A stretch of DNA of 64,000 bases. It comes from Gammaproteobacteria bacterium (GTDB taxonomy: Bacteria; Pseudomonadota; Gammaproteobacteria; UBA4575). Shown here piece after piece: positions 1 to 7,837 of the stretch; the first letter of the stretch is position 1; each line of letters begins with the position of its first letter. The notes below the pieces were generated by a model. The model was not told where the DNA came from, searched no databases, and was given only the letters and a program-made list of their open reading frames with translations. Both the position numbers and the translations under genes were made by a program. The stretch lies in assembly GCA_965222615.1 (NCBI GenBank), contig CBDCUI010000009.1:256001-320000 (forward strand). Direction: 5' to 3'.

Positions 1-642
1 GGTGACTTCGTTTTGTTTGGCCTGTTGTTCAATCGTTTGATCAAGTTCTTTTACACGCGCATCTAATGTTAGTACGTCATGTTGAAGTCCCTGTAGTAAA
101 GAACGAAAGTGTGGCGTTAAGCCATTCTCTCCGTCTTCTAACCAAGTCGGTATTGCAGCGCGTAATCGATGTAACTGTTGGGGTGCGACTAAGCCATATT
201 CACTCACTAAGCCTCGAATCTGATTGGCTTTAGCGGTGCGTTGTTGCACCAAAGTATTACGCACACGATGCAGGGCCTGAATGTCTTGCTGTTCAATACT
301 TTTGATCGTGACAAAGCGCATGTTGGGGCGACTCATGGCTTCGCAAATGGCTTCGGCATCGTTGGCATCATTCTTGTTGCTCTTTACATAAGGCTTTACA
401 AACTGGGGTGCAATCAATTTCACCACATAGCCTCGTTGTTGTAATACACGAGCCCAGTGGTGTGCACCCGAACAGGCCTCCATGCCAATCTCACCACCCG
501 GTTCAACATGCTCCACTAATACCTTAAGCCACTTGCTTCGAGATAAGCGTCGTTTGAATACGCACTTTCCCGTGCGATCCACCCCGTGTAGTTGAAAAAC
601 ATGCTTTGCCAAATCCACACCCATGCGTGTAATCTTGTTCAT
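1..642 (-). CDS. IS110-family DEDD transposase, N-terminal part (runs off window)
   Basis: Same sequence as the 5' part of the 2985-4019 transposase; start codon at 642. Confidence 0.92.
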   Translation of the reverse strand, partial: MNKITRMGVDLAKHVFQLHGVDRTGKCVFKRRLSRSKWLKVLVEHVEPGGEIGMEACSGAHHWARVLQQRGYVVKLIAPQFVKPYVKSNKNDANDAEAICEAMSRPNMRFVTIKSIEQQDIQALHRVRNTLVQQRTAKANQIRGLVSEYGLVAPQQLHRLRAAIPTWLEDGENGLTPHFRSLLQGLQHDVLTLDARVKELDQTIEQQAKQNEVT

Positions 643-734
643 GTATGGTCTCCTTTATTCAAAGTAACTGGTTCTATCGCTTCCAGTATGGGCACATTAC
701 GATGCCGTTTAAAGTTGAGGGAGGCCATACCATT
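1..734 (-). mobile_element. IS110/IS1111-family element, copy 1 (truncated by window start)
   Basis: Appears identical to 3378-4111 (offset 3377), including subterminal IR GAGGGAGGCCATA at 717-729. Confidence 0.92.
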
Positions 735-756
735 GCTATTGGACGAAAGCAGACAT
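735..756. repeat. Right part of 28-bp palindromic repeat (copy A), split by IS1111
   Basis: GCTATTGGACGAAAGCAGACAT, matching GCTATTGGCCGAAAGCGGACAT at 4112-4133. Confidence 0.8.
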
Positions 757-816
757 AATTGAGGACAAATCAGGTTGGAATCAACAAACTACAAACATAA
801 AATGACTGCTTACGAC

Positions 817-2047
817 TGCCGATTCAATTGATCACCGCAACACTTTATCTTAAGTAACAAAAAAGATGGAGTGTGAAGGATGGGCTATCGAACACGCATT
901 TATTATAGCGAAGCACAAAAACAGGTGATGTGGGATCGCTGGCAGCAAGGTGATTCTCTCCACACTATTGCGCGCCTTTTTAATCGTGGGCACTCATCGA
1001 TACGACGGATACTTGCAGAAACAGGTGGCATTCGCCCTCCTCAACGAACACGATCAGGCTTCGCACTGACGTTATCGGAACGCGAAGAAATTTCTCGTGG
1101 ACTCGCACGGAATGTATCTTTGCGATCGATTGCTAAACAACTAAAGCGTTCACCTTCCACCATCAGTCGCGAGATTCAGCGCAATGGCGGCATTGCGACA
1201 TATCGCGCGAATGAAGCGGAACAAGCTGCGTGGGATCGGGCGCGCCGTCCTAAAACGTGTAAACTCGCTAGGAACAAAGACTTGTGTCATGCCGTAGCAA
1301 CCAAGTTGCAATTACATTGGTCGCCGGAGCAGATTGCGGGTTGGTTAAAACGCACCTATCCTAATGATGAGAGTAAGACCGTGTCGCATGAAACGATTTA
1401 TCGCAGTTTGTTCATTCAAGCCCGCGGAACCCTGAAAAAAGAGTTACTTGCGTATCTGCGCACGCAACGGACTTTACGTCAGTCAAAGAAAGCCAGTTTG
1501 AAAAACCAAGGCTTAGGTCAAATTAACCATGCGGTCTCCATTCGACAACGTCCGGCATCGGTGGAAGATCGTGCCGTACCGGGACATTGGGAAGGTGATC
1601 TCATTGCAGGCTCAAACAACAGTTATATTGCCACCTTGGTCGAACGACATACACGCTATGTCATGCTAGCCAAAGTAAAGAATAAAGACACGAAGAGTGT
1701 CATCAATGCACTTATCAAGCAAGCGAAGAAATTGCCGAATGAGCTCTACAAATCGTTAACCTGGGATCGCGGTAAAGAGATGGCCGATCATCAACGCTTT
1801 ACCTTAGCGACCGAAATCAAAGTCTACTTTTGCGATCCACAAAGTCCGTGGCAACGGGGTTCAAATGAAAATACAAATCTACTACTTAGACAGTACTTTC
1901 CAAAAGGAATGGACCTGTCTAACATTCATCAGAATCGATTGAATGCAGTAGCAAGACAATTAAACGAACGACCTAGGAAAACACTAGAATTTGAAACACC
2001 AGCAGAAAAATTTAACCAATGTGTTGCAGCGATCGGTTGAGATCGCA
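817..2047 (+). mobile_element. IS30-family insertion sequence (1231 bp)
   Basis: 27-bp imperfect IRs TGCCGATTCAATTGATCACCGCAACAC and (rc) TGCGATCTCAACCGATCGCTGCAACAC; 2-bp AC duplication at 815-816 and 2048-2049. Confidence 0.92.
880..2040 (+). CDS. IS30-family DDE transposase
   Basis: HTH N-terminus, WSPEQIAG, GHWEGD, TWDRGKEM, PWQRGSNENTN and LNERPRK motifs. Confidence 0.96.
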   Translation: MGYRTRIYYSEAQKQVMWDRWQQGDSLHTIARLFNRGHSSIRRILAETGGIRPPQRTRSGFALTLSEREEISRGLARNVSLRSIAKQLKRSPSTISREIQRNGGIATYRANEAEQAAWDRARRPKTCKLARNKDLCHAVATKLQLHWSPEQIAGWLKRTYPNDESKTVSHETIYRSLFIQARGTLKKELLAYLRTQRTLRQSKKASLKNQGLGQINHAVSIRQRPASVEDRAVPGHWEGDLIAGSNNSYIATLVERHTRYVMLAKVKNKDTKSVINALIKQAKKLPNELYKSLTWDRGKEMADHQRFTLATEIKVYFCDPQSPWQRGSNENTNLLLRQYFPKGMDLSNIHQNRLNAVARQLNERPRKTLEFETPAEKFNQCVAAIG

Positions 2048-2081
2048 ACCCAAAGCGGACATTTCTAACAATCATAAATAC

Positions 2082-2683
2082 ATGACTAAAACGAAAATAA
2101 TTGTATTAAGAATTTTAGCTATACTAGCTATAGTTGAAATACTAATTTTAGTATTCGCTGGATTTCAGCAAATATCGGGCACTAAAGAATTATTTGAAAG
2201 CTTTGAAGGTCCACTTCCACTAATAACAACTGTTTATCTAGTACATAAAAGTGTAGAAGAGGTTAGGCGAGATTCGCTTCGATATAAATATTGGATTCAA
2301 TTTCTGTTTGCTAAACTGGCGGTGTCCATATACTAAAACGAAAATAATTGTATTAAGAATTTTGCTATACTAGCTATAGTTGAAATACTAATTTTAATTC
2401 GCTGGATTTCAGCAAATATCGGGCACTAAAGAATTATTTGAAAGCTTTTCCACTTCCACTAATAACAACTGTTTATCTAGTCACGTATAAATATTGGATT
2501 CTACTGGCAATATTCCCTCTATTTATTTTTGTTAAATCGTTTAGGGAAAAATTTAAATCACGTAATTCATCAAGTCCATTTGTTTCGTTGCTTATTGCAT
2601 TTATTATTATTGGGATACTAATATTTGTAGGAATTATATTTGCAATGTATGCGCCTATTTGGGAATTGTCTAATAAGGCTTAA
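2082..2683 (+). pseudogene. Small membrane-protein gene disrupted by an imperfect tandem duplication (or assembly artefact)
   Basis: About 2085-2241 recurs at about 2332-2481 with small deletions. The joined protein MTKTKIIVLR...PLPLITTVYLV-TYKYW...AMYAPIWEL is hydrophobic and resembles a PilC/GspF membrane segment. Confidence 0.55.
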
Positions 2684-2719
2684 GTGATGATATTTTTATG
2701 ACCGTATATGGCCTCCCTC

Positions 2720-2984
2720 CGTTTGCAAGCAAAATATTCAATGACAAAGTAGAGTCGACTGCACACGTATATTCGGCCTCTATTGATAGCAAGCGTTGAT
2801 GCTGGGCCAGGATGGTGTATTCGCACCTAAGCACCCAATCGCTATTACGTACTCGAAGTACCTGGACATTCACGGGTTACGCTTAGGTCGGTTCGACCGG
2901 TTTGCCATCTAATAAATTACTTTGCAATCGTGGTAGATAATCCTCTTAAGTGTAAGTACATGTAATTTCGTTAATTGTTTTATT
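2720..2984 (-). ncRNA. Predicted IS1111 bridge/seek RNA region
   Basis: Non-coding end 3' of the transposase. On the minus strand it carries target-matching ATGTCC and AATAGCG around a GTAC-TTCGA-GTAC hairpin, and donor-matching ACCAT and ATATAC. Exact RNA ends unknown. Confidence 0.7.
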
Positions 2985-4019
2985 TCACATAAGCGCAAAG
3001 TTCGGATCATATTCACTTTCATCTCGCAACATTGCAAATGCCATACGCACGGTTTTATTCGCCAGTGCGACAGCGGCCACATTCGTATGTTTGGTTTTAG
3101 AAAGATGCGTGACCCACTGACTCAATCGATCCTCTTTATGTTTCGCTTGCGAGACGACAGCCCTTGCTCCGTGAATGAGTAAGGTGCGCAGATAGGCATC
3201 GCCGCGTTTACTGATTTCCAGTAAACGCTCTTTATTGCCTGAACTGTGTTGTCTGGGGGTTAAGCCTAAGGCTGCCGCCATCTGGCGACTGCTCTTGTAT
3301 TGTTTGGCATCGCCTACCGTGGCAATCAATGCTGTGGCCACCATCGGCCCGACCCCTCGTAGCTGTTGTAGACGCTTGGTGACTTCGTTTTGTTTGGCCT
3401 GTTGTTCAATCGTTTGATCAAGTTCTTTTACACGCGCATCTAATGTTAGTACGTCATGTTGAAGTCCCTGTAGTAAAGAACGAAAGTGTGGCGTTAAGCC
3501 ATTCTCTCCGTCTTCTAACCAAGTCGGTATTGCAGCGCGTAATCGATGTAACTGTTGGGGTGCGACTAAGCCATATTCACTCACTAAGCCTCGAATCTGA
3601 TTGGCTTTAGCGGTGCGTTGTTGCACCAAAGTATTACGCACACGATGCAGGGCCTGAATGTCTTGCTGTTCAATACTTTTGATCGTGACAAAGCGCATGT
3701 TGGGGCGACTCATGGCTTCGCAAATGGCTTCGGCATCGTTGGCATCATTCTTGTTGCTCTTTACATAAGGCTTTACAAACTGGGGTGCAATCAATTTCAC
3801 CACATAGCCTCGTTGTTGTAATACACGAGCCCAGTGGTGTGCACCCGAACAGGCCTCCATGCCAATCTCACCACCCGGTTCAACATGCTCCACTAATACC
3901 TTAAGCCACTTGCTTCGAGATAAGCGTCGTTTGAATACGCACTTTCCCGTGCGATCCACCCCGTGTAGTTGAAAAACATGCTTTGCCAAATCCACACCCA
4001 TGCGTGTAATCTTGTTCAT
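2985..4019 (-). CDS. IS110-family DEDD transposase/recombinase
   Basis: GVDLAK, MEACS, KNDANDAEAI, GVGP and GLTPRQHSSG motifs. Confidence 0.96.
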   Translation of the reverse strand: MNKITRMGVDLAKHVFQLHGVDRTGKCVFKRRLSRSKWLKVLVEHVEPGGEIGMEACSGAHHWARVLQQRGYVVKLIAPQFVKPYVKSNKNDANDAEAICEAMSRPNMRFVTIKSIEQQDIQALHRVRNTLVQQRTAKANQIRGLVSEYGLVAPQQLHRLRAAIPTWLEDGENGLTPHFRSLLQGLQHDVLTLDARVKELDQTIEQQAKQNEVTKRLQQLRGVGPMVATALIATVGDAKQYKSSRQMAAALGLTPRQHSSGNKERLLEISKRGDAYLRTLLIHGARAVVSQAKHKEDRLSQWVTHLSKTKHTNVAAVALANKTVRMAFAMLRDESEYDPNFALM

Positions 4020-4235
4020 GTATGGTCTCCTTTATTCAAAGTAACTGGTTCTATCGCTTCCAGTATGGGCACATTACGATGCCGTTTAAAGTTGAGGGAG
4101 GCCATACCATTGCTATTGGCCGAAAGCGGACATCAAGGTTAGCCAATGAAGAGAATAGGGCGCGTTAACTTTTTAATAATAGTTGGGGAGTCATAGATTG
4201 GCCGAGAGGGGATTTATATAGTTCTTTATTTTATA

Positions 4236-4652
4236 ATGTATGAATGGGAATTAATGCTGCTAAAAAAACGTGCCAAAGAACGTGGTCGAATTGCTAGGCA
4301 AGAGCTCTTACTGGCCGACGGTGGCTGCATTAGTGCCGCGGATGCTGCAAAGCAACTGGGAATCACGGAGGTAGAGCTTGAGAGAATCCGTAGTTCTAAT
4401 CAGTTATTGGCTGTTGATGTTGATAGCAAGTTTCAATATCCGATTTGGCAATTCGAGGGAGCAAATTTAGTTCCCGGATTACAAGAAATATTAGAAATAC
4501 TTGGCGATGATGATCCGTGGTCGAATTTCATCTTTTTGTTGGGTCACGACTATGCAGTAGATGGATGTCGTCCAATCGACAAACTTCGTGTAGGTGATAT
4601 TGATTCAGTCAAACGCGCTGCACATACGTACGGTCATCATGGTGCAGTTTAA
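4236..4652 (+). CDS. HTH + Xre/MbcA/ParS-like antitoxin-type protein (copy 1)
   Basis: HTH-like AAKQLGIT, YPIWQF and C-terminal DG.RP...LR.G pattern. The sister copy suggests the true start is ATG 4244 with an extra A in the run at 4262-4268. Confidence 0.6.
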   Translation: MYEWELMLLKKRAKERGRIARQELLLADGGCISAADAAKQLGITEVELERIRSSNQLLAVDVDSKFQYPIWQFEGANLVPGLQEILEILGDDDPWSNFIFLLGHDYAVDGCRPIDKLRVGDIDSVKRAAHTYGHHGAV

Positions 4653-4675
4653 ATAAAGCAAATAATAGGTAATTT

Positions 4676-4858
4676 ATAAACAATTCAATTCAACGCATAC
4701 CTGGAATTGCTGGAAGCAAACCATTGCTCAAGTGTGTATGCGTCCCCACAAAAATAATTGCAGAGCGATTTAAAGCCGGCGAATCAATTAGTGCGCTTGC
4801 AGTGGACTATGGTTGTAGGAACACAGAAATAGAAGAAGCGATTAGATTCGAACTTTAG
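4676..4858 (+). CDS. Small DUF433-like protein (not in ORF track; no ATG, start uncertain)
   Basis: Frame reads ...IPGIAGSKPLLKCVCVPTKIIAERFKAGESISALAVDYGCRNTEIEEAIRFEL*, a DUF433-like pattern conserved in the sister copy. Confidence 0.55.
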   Translation: MNNSIQRIPGIAGSKPLLKCVCVPTKIIAERFKAGESISALAVDYGCRNTEIEEAIRFEL

Positions 4859-4879
4859 TCACAAATCTCCCGAAATAAA

Positions 4880-4992
4880 CCTGAATTCCAGGTACTTACT
4901 TTTACTCCCGAACTTACACTCAAGTACCGAATTTTACTCCTGGGGGACTGATGTTTACTCCCGAAAAGTGCTGGGTATTACTAGGAATTACA
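4880..4992 (-). repeat. Tn7-like transposon end with about four TnsB-type binding repeats
   Basis: rc TGTAATTC followed by repeated (G/T)AGTAAAA...GTACTT-like units. Confidence 0.8.
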
Positions 4993-5037
4993 ATAGTCTC
5001 GAACCGATAAGGTGATTAACCATCTGGTTAATCGTTT

Positions 5038-5065
5038 TCTTAACATAATATATATTATGCGAAGT
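5038..5065 (-). other. dif: dif site (XerC/XerD chromosome dimer resolution site)
   Basis: rc ACTTCGCATAA-TATATA-TTATGTTAAGA, compared with E. coli GGTGCGCATAA-TGTATA-TTATGTTAAAT. Confidence 0.9.
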
Positions 5066-5109
5066 TAAATATGTGGGTGCCTAATAGAATTTGACGTCTC
5101 TTAAACATG

Positions 5110-5215
5110 TGTGATTCTTAGTAAAACCAAGCACTTTTCAGGACTAAAAGTCAGTACTTCAGGAGTAAAACTAAGTACTTGAGTAATTAATAAGACTAAA
5201 ACTAGATACCTGAAT
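5110..5215 (+). repeat. Tn7-like end (tns-distal, dif-facing) with closely spaced TnsB-type sites
   Basis: TAGTAAAACCAAGCACTT, GACTAAAAGTCAGTACTT, GAGTAAAACTAAGTACTT, GACTAAAACTAGATACCT. Confidence 0.85.
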
Positions 5216-5244
5216 TCATGATCTATTTCTAAAGATTTGTGACT

Positions 5245-5427
5245 TTAAAGTTCGAATCTGATGGCTTCTTCGATATAAGAGTCTTTACAGCCGTAATCCA
5301 TAGCCAGCTCAGTAATCGATTCGCCGGCTTTAAATCGCTCTGCAATTATTTTTGTGGGGACGCATACACACTTGAGCAATGGTTTGCTTCCAGCAATTCC
5401 AGGTATGCGTTGAATTGAATTGTTTAT
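5245..5427 (-). CDS. Small DUF433-like protein (copy 2; not in ORF track)
   Basis: C-terminus AGESITELAMDYGCKDSYIEEAIRFEL*, frame preserved despite DNA divergence from copy 1. Confidence 0.55.
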   Translation of the reverse strand: MNNSIQRIPGIAGSKPLLKCVCVPTKIIAERFKAGESITELAMDYGCKDSYIEEAIRFEL

Positions 5428-5450
5428 AAATTACCTATTATTTGCTTTAT

Positions 5451-5858
5451 TTAAACTGCACCATGATGACCGTACGTATGTGCAGCGCGTTTGACTGAAT
5501 CAATATCACCTACACGAAGTTTGTCGATTGGACGACATCCATCTACTGCATAGTCGTGACCCAACAAAAAGATGAAATTCGACCACGGATCATCATCGCC
5601 AAGTATTTCTAATATTTCTTGTAATCCGGGAACTAAATTTGCTCCCTCGAATTGCCAAATCGGATATTGAAACTTGCTATCAACATCAACAGCCAATAAC
5701 TGATTAGAACTACGGATTCTCTCAAGCTCTACCTCCGTGATTCCCAGTTGCTTTGCAGCATCTGCGGCATTAACGCAGCCACCGTCGACTAGCAAAAGTT
5801 CTTGTCTGGCTATTCGACCACGTTCTTTAACACGCTTTTCTGCAGCACTAATTCCCAT
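5451..5858 (-). CDS. HTH + Xre/MbcA/ParS-like antitoxin-type protein (copy 2)
   Basis: Same protein as 4236-4652 except for the N-terminal part. Confidence 0.65.
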   Translation of the reverse strand: MGISAAEKRVKERGRIARQELLLVDGGCVNAADAAKQLGITEVELERIRSSNQLLAVDVDSKFQYPIWQFEGANLVPGLQEILEILGDDDPWSNFIFLLGHDYAVDGCRPIDKLRVGDIDSVKRAAHTYGHHGAV

Positions 5859-6055
5859 CTCAGTATTATAAAGAATTAATCAAGTCCCCTCTTCGTTGTA
5901 TGTATCACTCCCCAACTATTGCACAAAAGATGGGGAGCGAATCATACATATTAACTATCTGTTTTATAATAATATTTTCAATTATTTTGTTGAAAAAATA
6001 ACATAACTAGAGTAAATTTCTCACCAACTTTTTGAGTAATAGATAAATAGTTGGT

Positions 6056-6706
6056 ATGTTAGAAACATCAACATCCGAAGTGAAAAACTTCAATCACCCA
6101 GCTCCTGGGTCGACCATAAAAGTCGAACCAATTCGAACTGTTCAAGCGATTCACAAAATTAAAACCATGCTTGAACCTAATCCGCGTAACTATTGTTTAT
6201 TCGTTCTTGGGATTAATACCGCATTTCGAGCTTCTGAATTACTTTCAATAAAGATTGGACAGGTTAAATATTTAAATCCAGGAGATCGGTTAGAAGTTAA
6301 ACAACCAAAAACGAAAAAGTATCGATCCGTGACAATCAATCAGTCAGCTCATGATGCGATACGTCGATTAATTATAGAAAAAGATATAGAAGCTCTCAAA
6401 AAAAGAAACTTGAATATCTCTGATGACGATGCATTTCTATTTACTGGCCAACGCGGATCGTCAGCTCTTAAGGTTTCAACTTTAAACAATATGGTTAAGG
6501 ATTGGTGTAGAAAAGTTAATCTGAAAGGTAATTTTGGTAGTCACACTCTACGAAAAACCTGGGGATTTATGCAGCGCAAGAAGCAAGACACCCCTATTCC
6601 TTTATTGATGCAAGCATTAGGTCATGCAACTCAAAGACAGACTATGGAATATTTATGCATTCAAGAAAAAGAAATTGAGAATGTTTATACAGCAATGGAA
6701 CTATAG
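6056..6706 (+). CDS. Small tyrosine recombinase/integrase (catalytic domain only)
   Basis: NTAFRASE (R), KTKK (K), HTLRK (HxxR), LGH (H) and TMEY (Y) all present. Confidence 0.9.
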   Translation: MLETSTSEVKNFNHPAPGSTIKVEPIRTVQAIHKIKTMLEPNPRNYCLFVLGINTAFRASELLSIKIGQVKYLNPGDRLEVKQPKTKKYRSVTINQSAHDAIRRLIIEKDIEALKKRNLNISDDDAFLFTGQRGSSALKVSTLNNMVKDWCRKVNLKGNFGSHTLRKTWGFMQRKKQDTPIPLLMQALGHATQRQTMEYLCIQEKEIENVYTAMEL

Positions 6707-6827
6707 TAGTGGCTAGGATTTATACAACCTTTCAAAGCTATATATTATTCTATGATGTATCCATATACTTTATATAGAATAATGTTACGTTTACTCCTAA
6801 TGGTGGTGCGCATAATGAGGGTTAAAA

Positions 6828-7832
6828 ATGGCACACGGTAGATTGCTCAGACAACTCATTCGTGCTGGTGTTAATGCGCCCGGAGAAGAATTTCGTGAGG
6901 TAGCCGAAAAGGTTATTCGCGAAGAACGTGAAAAAAAACATCATTTACTAGCTAATGATCTAGAACGGATTCTGTACGGCGAAAGTAATGATGAAGCACG
7001 TACCCTCTTACCACTATCGCTACCTGAAGTGCCAAAGGATCGAGAGCGACATATACCACTTTTAGAAATTCGCGAACCAGTTCGTTCTTTCGCAGACATT
7101 GTTCTTACCAAAGACAACCGTGAGATACTCGAACATGTTTTGCAAGAACAGGGACGGCGTGATGTGCTTGGCTCTTATGGTTTGAAACCTGCCAATCGTT
7201 TACTATTCTGCGGGCCACCTGGATGTGGAAAGACCTTAGCTGCAGAAGTATTAGCGACCGAGCTTGGTTTACCACTACTCTTAGTGCGCTTTGATGCGGT
7301 TGTGTCATCCTATCTTGGTGAAACTGCAGCAAATTTACGAAAAGTGTTTCAGTACCTTGAAACTGGACGTTATGTTGTTTTGTTTGATGAGTTTGATGCG
7401 ATAGCAAAAGATCGTGCGGACGCATCTGAGCATGGTGAATTACGAAGGGTTGTAAATGCATATCTGCAAATGATGGATAGCTATCGTGGCAATTGTTTGT
7501 TACTTGCCGCATCAAACCATGAAGGTTTACTTGATAAAGCCCTTTGGCGACGATTTGATGAAGTACTTTTCTATCGTCGCCCAACAACAGAAGAAATTAT
7601 TGATTTGGTTGCTGTAAAACTTCGAGGTATTCGCTATAACTTTGAAACAGAAAACGAACCGACTATCGCTAACTTCAATGGGATGGCGCACGCTGACATT
7701 GAGCGTGTATTGATCCGCGCAATTAAACATATGATCTTATCGGGTCGTGAATTTTTAAGCACTGACCACATCGCACTTGCCCTAGAACGAGAACGGGAAA
7801 GACGATCTGTCGCTGAACATAAGTCGATTTAA
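6828..7832 (+). CDS. AAA+ ATPase, IetA-like
   Basis: Walker A GPPGCGKT, Walker B VLFDEFD, LDKALWRRFD; directly upstream of an S8 protease. Confidence 0.85.
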   Translation: MAHGRLLRQLIRAGVNAPGEEFREVAEKVIREEREKKHHLLANDLERILYGESNDEARTLLPLSLPEVPKDRERHIPLLEIREPVRSFADIVLTKDNREILEHVLQEQGRRDVLGSYGLKPANRLLFCGPPGCGKTLAAEVLATELGLPLLLVRFDAVVSSYLGETAANLRKVFQYLETGRYVVLFDEFDAIAKDRADASEHGELRRVVNAYLQMMDSYRGNCLLLAASNHEGLLDKALWRRFDEVLFYRRPTTEEIIDLVAVKLRGIRYNFETENEPTIANFNGMAHADIERVLIRAIKHMILSGREFLSTDHIALALERERERRSVAEHKSI

Positions 7833-7837
7833 CAGTA

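Larger units (their letters stand above)
802..2062. repeat. 28-bp palindromic repeat (copy B), split at its centre by IS30
   Basis: Joining 802-816 to 2050-2062 gives ATGACTGCTTACGACCCAAAGCGGACAT. Confidence 0.82.
2705..4111 (-). mobile_element. IS110-family, IS1111-group element, copy 2 (complete)
   Basis: 13-bp subterminal IRs TATGGCCTCCCTC (2707-2719) and GAGGGAGGCCATA (4094-4106), long non-coding end downstream of the transposase, no multi-base TSD. Confidence 0.92.
2698..4133. repeat. 28-bp palindromic repeat (copy C), split by IS1111
   Basis: ATGACCG (2698-2704) plus CTATTGGCCGAAAGCGGACAT (4113-4133). Confidence 0.85.
1..4992. mobile_element. Dif-proximal part of a second Tn7-like transposon (rest lies upstream of the window)
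   Basis: Ends in ...GGAATTACA at 4992. Its reverse complement aligns with the 5110 end of the complete Tn7-like element (61/75 by hand count) and shares the same adjacent genes. Its tns genes and other end are not in the window. Confidence 0.75.
4341..5762. repeat. 445-bp perfect inverted repeat (4341-4785 / 5318-5762) centred on dif
   Basis: Arms read as exact reverse complements by eye. 4341+5762 = 5038+5065 = 10103. Confidence 0.88.

Noticed and set aside
2019-2081. N-terminal extension of ORF 2019-2336
   Set aside because: It runs through the IS30 IR and the palindrome; the plausible start is ATG 2082.
241-3821. ORFs 241-444, 2670-2873, 3235-3417 and 3618-3821
   Set aside because: They are antisense shadows of the IS110 transposase or fall in its non-coding RNA end.
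5014-5033. Palindrome GATTAACCA-TC-TGGTTAATC as the transposon target
   Set aside because: It lies asymmetrically between the two ends (21 versus 76 bp), whereas dif is centred. It may still be a protein-binding site.
5038-5065. IMEX-type integration into dif by XerCD
   Set aside because: Only one intact dif is present with no hybrid attL/attR pair, and the element has TGT/ACA ends with a 5-bp duplication typical of DDE transposition.
4341-5762. Hairpin telomere or fold-back read artefact
   Set aside because: The inner spacer and outer flanks are diverged homologs rather than mirror copies, and the 117-bp centre is unique sequence.
6805-6832. Second dif-like site (GGTGCGCATAA matches the E. 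coli XerC arm)
   Set aside because: The expected XerD arm reads TTAAAAATGGC and overlaps the ATPase RBS and start codon; probably chance.
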